From positions 384,001 through 448,000 of the forward strand of contig OY968764.1 in the NCBI GenBank assembly GCA_963695335.1: a stretch of DNA of 64,000 bases, in the 5' to 3' direction. The first letter of the stretch is position 1; every line of letters begins with the position of its first letter. Shown piece by piece: positions 59,685 through 64,000 of the stretch. Source of the DNA: an uncultured bacterium. Its GTDB lineage: Bacteria > Babelota > Babeliae > Babelales > Vermiphilaceae. Position numbers and translations under genes: made by a program. The notes under the pieces are model-generated. The model was given only the letters and a program-made list of their open reading frames with translations. It was not told where the DNA came from and did not search any database.

Positions 59685-59771
59685 GTTTAGAAATATAAAA
59701 AATGTGGCTATCTTTGAAAAATAGGATGGCCGCATCTTTTTTTGGTAGGCAAATCAAGTTCTTTTTTTGTT

Positions 59772-59842
59772 GGCGACAGCCAGAAGACCGTGTCCTTCCG
59801 AAGCCTTGGCGAAGGAGGAAGCCCGATAAGGGCGAAGACTGG
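59772..59842. repeat. B-like element with nested family B element
   Basis: ggcgacagccagaaga[ccgtgtccttccgaagccttggcgaaggagga]agcccgataagggcgaagactgg; outer part is an inverted match to 61159-61195. Confidence 0.8.
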
Positions 59843-59848
59843 GCCCTT

Positions 59849-59877
59849 TTGCGGTTATTTTCAAGGTCTGGTAAACT
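59849..59877 (+). promoter_or_regulatory. Sigma70-like promoter
   Basis: TTGCGG-17-TAAACT with TG extended -10. Confidence 0.6.
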
Positions 59878-59917
59878 TATAATAAGTGATAAATATGACC
59901 TATTTTAGGGGGGAATT

Positions 59918-60286
59918 ATGAAAAAAGTATTAGTTTCATTATTGATGATATCTGGGACAGAAGTATTGTGTGTACCTTCATCTGGTTTAGGCACTCCTGG
60001 GGGGAAGCCTTCTGATTATCTACGAATGTTGCCTGAGAATTCACAAATTAGGCAAAGATGTATTGGAAATGGCACTTCTTTGAAAAAAGAGAATAAAGAA
60101 GCTTGTGATATTATGAGAAGTTATTTAGCTATAAATTCTGGATATGAATCTGGATGGTTTTCTGAGATTGATAGCAAAAAAGTACATGAGGCTTGGGATA
60201 TTTTAGTAGATGCTGAGAATAAAGATAATGAAGAAAAAAATGTTAAATTAGCAGTACAAAAACTTATCAATAGAATGGTGGTTTAG
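59918..60286 (+). CDS. Hypothetical secreted protein
   Basis: MKKVLVS leader. Confidence 0.7.
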   Translation: MKKVLVSLLMISGTEVLCVPSSGLGTPGGKPSDYLRMLPENSQIRQRCIGNGTSLKKENKEACDIMRSYLAINSGYESGWFSEIDSKKVHEAWDILVDAENKDNEEKNVKLAVQKLINRMVV

Positions 60287-60294
60287 GCGAAATC

Positions 60295-60774
60295 ATGAAA
60301 AAAGTATTAGTTTTATTATCGATAGCTTTTGTTACTCAAGGATCATTGCTGGCGAGTGAGCAATCTGTTTATAAGAATTTGAGTAATATGCATTTTAGAT
60401 ATTCTCGCATTGAGCAAGAATGTGCTGATGTACATAGCAGATGGTTTAAGGGTGAAATTAAAAAAATTTGTGATAGATTCGATAACCATCTTGAAAATGG
60501 CAAAATAGATGGTAATGAATTTGAAAAATTTGATATCAAAGACCTTAAACGAGAAGTTTCATCGCCAGAATGGCAAGAAGCTCAAGTAAAAAAGATTGCT
60601 GATTTTAGATCAGAAACGTATAATGTATGCATATCAGAAATACATACAATGTTTCCTGATATGCCTGAAGATGTAAGAAAGGATCACTGTCAAATAATGG
60701 CTCTCAATGCATATTCGTTTTATGCCAATAATTTTTATGTATTTGAATCAGCTATTCGTGATAGTGTAAAATAA
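60295..60774 (+). CDS. Hypothetical secreted protein
   Basis: MKKVLVL leader. Confidence 0.7.
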   Translation: MKKVLVLLSIAFVTQGSLLASEQSVYKNLSNMHFRYSRIEQECADVHSRWFKGEIKKICDRFDNHLENGKIDGNEFEKFDIKDLKREVSSPEWQEAQVKKIADFRSETYNVCISEIHTMFPDMPEDVRKDHCQIMALNAYSFYANNFYVFESAIRDSVK

Positions 60775-60796
60775 AAATTTTATTCTTTGAAAATTC

Positions 60797-61161
60797 GGGG
60801 GCGTACTGGCTTCGACGTGTTGTTAGTCGCCTTGAGAGCATGCCGAGCGTTGATTGAGTGCTCGTTAAACAATTGATCGAAAAACAAATGCAAATCAATT
60901 TGATTTTGCTCCAGCTGTTGCTTAGGCAATAAGGTGGCTTATTGGATTAACGTGTCTGTCAGTTGAACCAATTCGTATAATAAAAAGATAGAACTTCCGG
61001 GCGAGATTGAACTGTTTAGTAGCCCGAGCACGTACCACAAGTAGTCTCATATAATCTGCTGTGTCTTTGAGGTGTTATATGAGTATATTCAGAGAATAAG
61101 CATGTAGCGCTTGGGGTTATTTGTAATGCGGACATGGGTTCGATTCCCATCGCCTCCACCA
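60797..61161 (+). ncRNA. ssrA: tmRNA; tag peptide ANQFDFAPAVA (60890-60925)
   Basis: 5' GGGGGCG..GCTTCGAC, 3' GGTTCGATTCCC..CGCCTCCACCA; Ala acceptor stem with G.U pair; 365 nt; near smpB. Confidence 0.95.
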
Positions 61162-61411
61162 GTCTTCGCCCTTACAGGCTTCGTCTGGCTGCGCCGCAAA
61201 AGAAAGAGTTAGCAAATATAAAAAGTTTGATAGCAGAAGGCGAAGACTGTCCGACGTAGCTTTAGCGTAGACGGACGGCTTGGTACGGTTTGCCCTTCGT
61301 AGCTCGTTAGAGCGTAGTAGGGCCAGCTTTTTAAAGGTTGGGCTAAGAATTAAAATTAAAGATCGATACTCAAAGCGAAGGCTGTCCGCCAAAGCCTTGG
61401 CGACGGCGGGC
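61159..61411. repeat. Cluster of four family B/B-like elements after ssrA
   Basis: Approximately 61159-61195, 61247-61275, 61290-61322, 61382-61410. Confidence 0.8.
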
Positions 61412-61713
61412 GATAAAATAAAAAGTCATTATATAAAAGAGGTTTGGAATTTTTCCAAACCTCTTCTTGTTTGCGAAAATAAAATCAATTCTTTTAACCT
61501 CCTTCTTCTTTATGTTATCGATTGTATTGATGATAATTCTTGCCCGCAACCTGCCCTGTTCTATAAGGGAAAAGATAAATTTAAAAATTACTTTTAGAGG
61601 ATATCTTGGTATACTGTAGCTGTAAACTTTCTATAAGCTATTTTTGTATAAGTTTAACTTATTTTTATTGTCTTAGTAGCAAACCCTATTATTTTCAAGA
61701 ACAGACCAAGAAC

Positions 61714-62529
61714 ATGCAAATAAAAGTACATATTTTAAAGTCATTTACTAATGATAGTACCCAGGGAAATCCTGTAGGAATTGTATTTGATGCTGATAAT
61801 TTAACGGCTGAACAGATGATGAGCATTGTTCAAAAAACTGATTACTCAGAATGTGCTTTTGTTCAAAAATCAGATATTGCCACAGTCAAAGTAAGATTTT
61901 TTAGCCCAAAAAAAGAAATGAATCTTTGTGGGCACGCTACCATAGCATTATTTCATTTGTTAGTAGACCGCGATCGATCTATAAAAACCTTAACACAAGA
62001 AACGCTAGCAGGTATCTTATCCGTCTCAGAAAAAGATGATGGTATGATAGAAATGGAACAAGCAAATCCGATATTTTATCAACAAGAATATGATATTAAT
62101 GACATCGCTCAACTTCTTGGTATTGCTTCTGAATTAATAATTAATATTCCTATACGTGTTTCTACGGGAACCCCAAAATTGTTGGTAGAGTTAAAGGATA
62201 TAGCAACACTATGGGATTTGAAGCCAAATTTTGAATTAATAAAAGAGCTGGTACCGACAGGTATATATGCTTTTGTAAAAATAAATAATCATTTTTATGA
62301 TGCCCGACAATTTAATCCTTCAACTGGTGTAAATGAAGATCCTGTTACAGGAATAGCTGCAGGTGCGCTTGGAGCATATCTTAAAAAGTACCATTTGGTT
62401 GAGATGCCTATTGTTGTTGAACAGGGGCACATGCTTGGTAAAATAGGACAAATTTACGTTGATACCTATAATGGTATTAAGGTCGGCGGATATGCCGTAG
62501 AAGCCGGACAATTTATTTTGGATATATGA
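61714..62529 (+). CDS. PhzF-family isomerase
   Basis: QGNPVGIV, SECAFV, LCGHATI, EDPVTGIAAG; start set at MQIKVH. Confidence 0.93.
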   Translation: MQIKVHILKSFTNDSTQGNPVGIVFDADNLTAEQMMSIVQKTDYSECAFVQKSDIATVKVRFFSPKKEMNLCGHATIALFHLLVDRDRSIKTLTQETLAGILSVSEKDDGMIEMEQANPIFYQQEYDINDIAQLLGIASELIINIPIRVSTGTPKLLVELKDIATLWDLKPNFELIKELVPTGIYAFVKINNHFYDARQFNPSTGVNEDPVTGIAAGALGAYLKKYHLVEMPIVVEQGHMLGKIGQIYVDTYNGIKVGGYAVEAGQFILDI

Positions 62530-62558
62530 AAAAGGCCCGGAAATTTCCGGGCCATAAT

Positions 62559-63662
62559 TTATTCTTTGTCTAATGCGAAATAGCAGCGTTGTAACCATCT
62601 CCAGTTATCATAATCAATTTTAAATCCACATCGGCCGTGCATAACTTCCCAATTATTAAATAAAAGTAATGTGCCTTTTTTTAGATTGAAGTTAGTAAAA
62701 CACTGTTCTTTAAAGTCTTCACTTAATAGCATGTTTTTAATGAATTCCGATACAAATAAAGTATCTTCATCACAGCCTTCAGTTCTATTGTTTGTGGTAT
62801 TGAATTTGAATTTGCGCTCTCCTGTTTCAGATAGAGTGAGGATAGGCGCTAGAATTGATGTTTGATTTTTGCCAAATGTTGGACCTGTTTTTTGAATATA
62901 GTTTTTAGCCATTTGTTCTAAAAACCATTCATAACTTTTTTCTTCAGGCAAATGATTTTTTAAGTAATTCAGGATATCATCAAGCAAAATCACACTTGTA
63001 TCTACCTTTATATCTCCTCTTAATCCAATTAAAGAAAAGAATTTAAGAGCCGGCTCCTGGTAAACATTTTCAGTATGAGGACTAAAAGCAAGTGCCGATC
63101 CATAACTAGAAATCTCATTTTTGCTCTTTTCATCATCTCTGGGGATAATTTGATGTATGTAGGTACCATCTTTTTCGTTTTCATCAAAATCAGGATGTGC
63201 GCCAAGAAGGCTGCATAGACCTAGCAAACAAATCTCACTCACAAATCCCTTACCATTCACAGCATCTTCAAATTTGCTTGGTGGACAATCACCGTTACGC
63301 GGTGTCTGGGGAATGTATTTGTCTACAGGAAAATTATGAACTACCAAAACTGCAGGATTATTGTCGTTTTTCATTTGCAGTATGATATCAATTAAATCCT
63401 GAGGAAGATGATGTAATAAAATGTCTCTAGCAGGATTTTTATAATATTCCCAATTTTCATATGGATTTATATTAGCATCTTGAAGTGCTTGATTAATGAC
63501 TTCAGATACGGATGCATCAAGAGTGTATTCTACAATTGTTTGTGTTTTAATTTTGCGTACAACTATTTTTCCATCATTGCTTGATCTAAGTTCTTCAGTA
63601 TTTGTAAAAAGCACTGAAAAGCTGAACGAAAACAATAATAATATCGACGTAAATATATTCAT
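62559..63662 (-). CDS. TauD/TfdA (clavaminate-synthase-like) Fe/2OG dioxygenase with signal peptide
   Basis: HTE iron motif, FNNWEVMHGR, RWLQR. Confidence 0.85.
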   Translation of the reverse strand: MNIFTSILLLFSFSFSVLFTNTEELRSSNDGKIVVRKIKTQTIVEYTLDASVSEVINQALQDANINPYENWEYYKNPARDILLHHLPQDLIDIILQMKNDNNPAVLVVHNFPVDKYIPQTPRNGDCPPSKFEDAVNGKGFVSEICLLGLCSLLGAHPDFDENEKDGTYIHQIIPRDDEKSKNEISSYGSALAFSPHTENVYQEPALKFFSLIGLRGDIKVDTSVILLDDILNYLKNHLPEEKSYEWFLEQMAKNYIQKTGPTFGKNQTSILAPILTLSETGERKFKFNTTNNRTEGCDEDTLFVSEFIKNMLLSEDFKEQCFTNFNLKKGTLLLFNNWEVMHGRCGFKIDYDNWRWLQRCYFALDKE

Positions 63663-63702
63663 AAAGTTCCTATAAAAATTAAAGTAATCAGAGGTGATTT
63701 AA

Positions 63703-64000
63703 TTAAGAACGCAACATGACCCAGTCTATTGCGGTTAAGCCGTTATTGTCTTTGAGGCTTTTATTAGGATGAAATTCATTGATAACATTTAGCATTTTCA
63801 TGCCGTTTGTGGCATCATCGCATTTCGCAGCAACGATTAAGGCCGTTTCTCCCTGTTGACCGCGAATATTGATATCGCTCCCATTTTTAATGAGAAAACG
63901 CACCATTTCAGGATTCAGTTTTTTTACGGCATACACAAGAGCAGGATCCGATAAAGAGGGATTAAAAGCATCAACATTTGCACCAGAATTTAGTGACTCT
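63703..64000 (-). CDS. 3' part of an ankyrin-repeat protein (runs off the window)
   Basis: FLIKNGSDIN, GETALIVAA, GLTAID. Confidence 0.8.
   Translation of the reverse strand, partial: ESLNSGANVDAFNPSLSDPALVYAVKKLNPEMVRFLIKNGSDINIRGQQGETALIVAAKCDDATNGMKMLNVINEFHPNKSLKDNNGLTAIDWVMLRS

Noticed and set aside
59702..59908. 68-aa ORF
   Set aside because: Spans the nested repeat and a promoter
61131..61161. tRNA gene
   Set aside because: T-arm and CCA belong to the tmRNA; there is no anticodon arm
11479..61411. CRISPR array interpretation of the GC-rich repeats
   Set aside because: Copies are dispersed, divergent and nested, with no regular spacers and no cas genes
61117..61597. ORFs 61117-61392 and 61280-61597
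   Set aside because: Overlap the tmRNA 3' end and family B repeats; no protein signal

Overview
AT-rich bacterial chromosome segment. Gene content and style (many orphan signal-peptide proteins, ankyrin proteins, a reduced set of housekeeping genes) suggest a protist-associated intracellular bacterium, probably Dependentiae/TM6 (Babelota); this is inference, not a database result. Housekeeping genes: alr, rlmB, ftsQ-ftsA-ftsZ, gpmI, truA, rpsF-rpsR, rnhB, ftsY, prmC, polA, rpmA, secF, rho, tsaD, smpB and tmRNA. They are interleaved with paralogous families of secreted proteins, a HigBA-type toxin-antitoxin pair bounded by a 56-bp direct repeat of the polA 3' end, and an IS5-family element that splits a gene. 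Most notable: (1) three families of short GC-rich palindromic elements that nest inside each other and sit in frame inside ftsQ, ftsZ (twice), polA, rho, tsaD and two other genes; (2) a secreted cluster of three possible ADP-ribosyltransferase-fold paralogues around a protein-kinase-like gene; (3) about 17 secreted proteins whose predicted mature chain starts with a second Met, often Met-Glu; (4) a secreted DxD glycosyltransferase between smpB and ssrA. All calls come from reading the sequence by eye; no searches were run.
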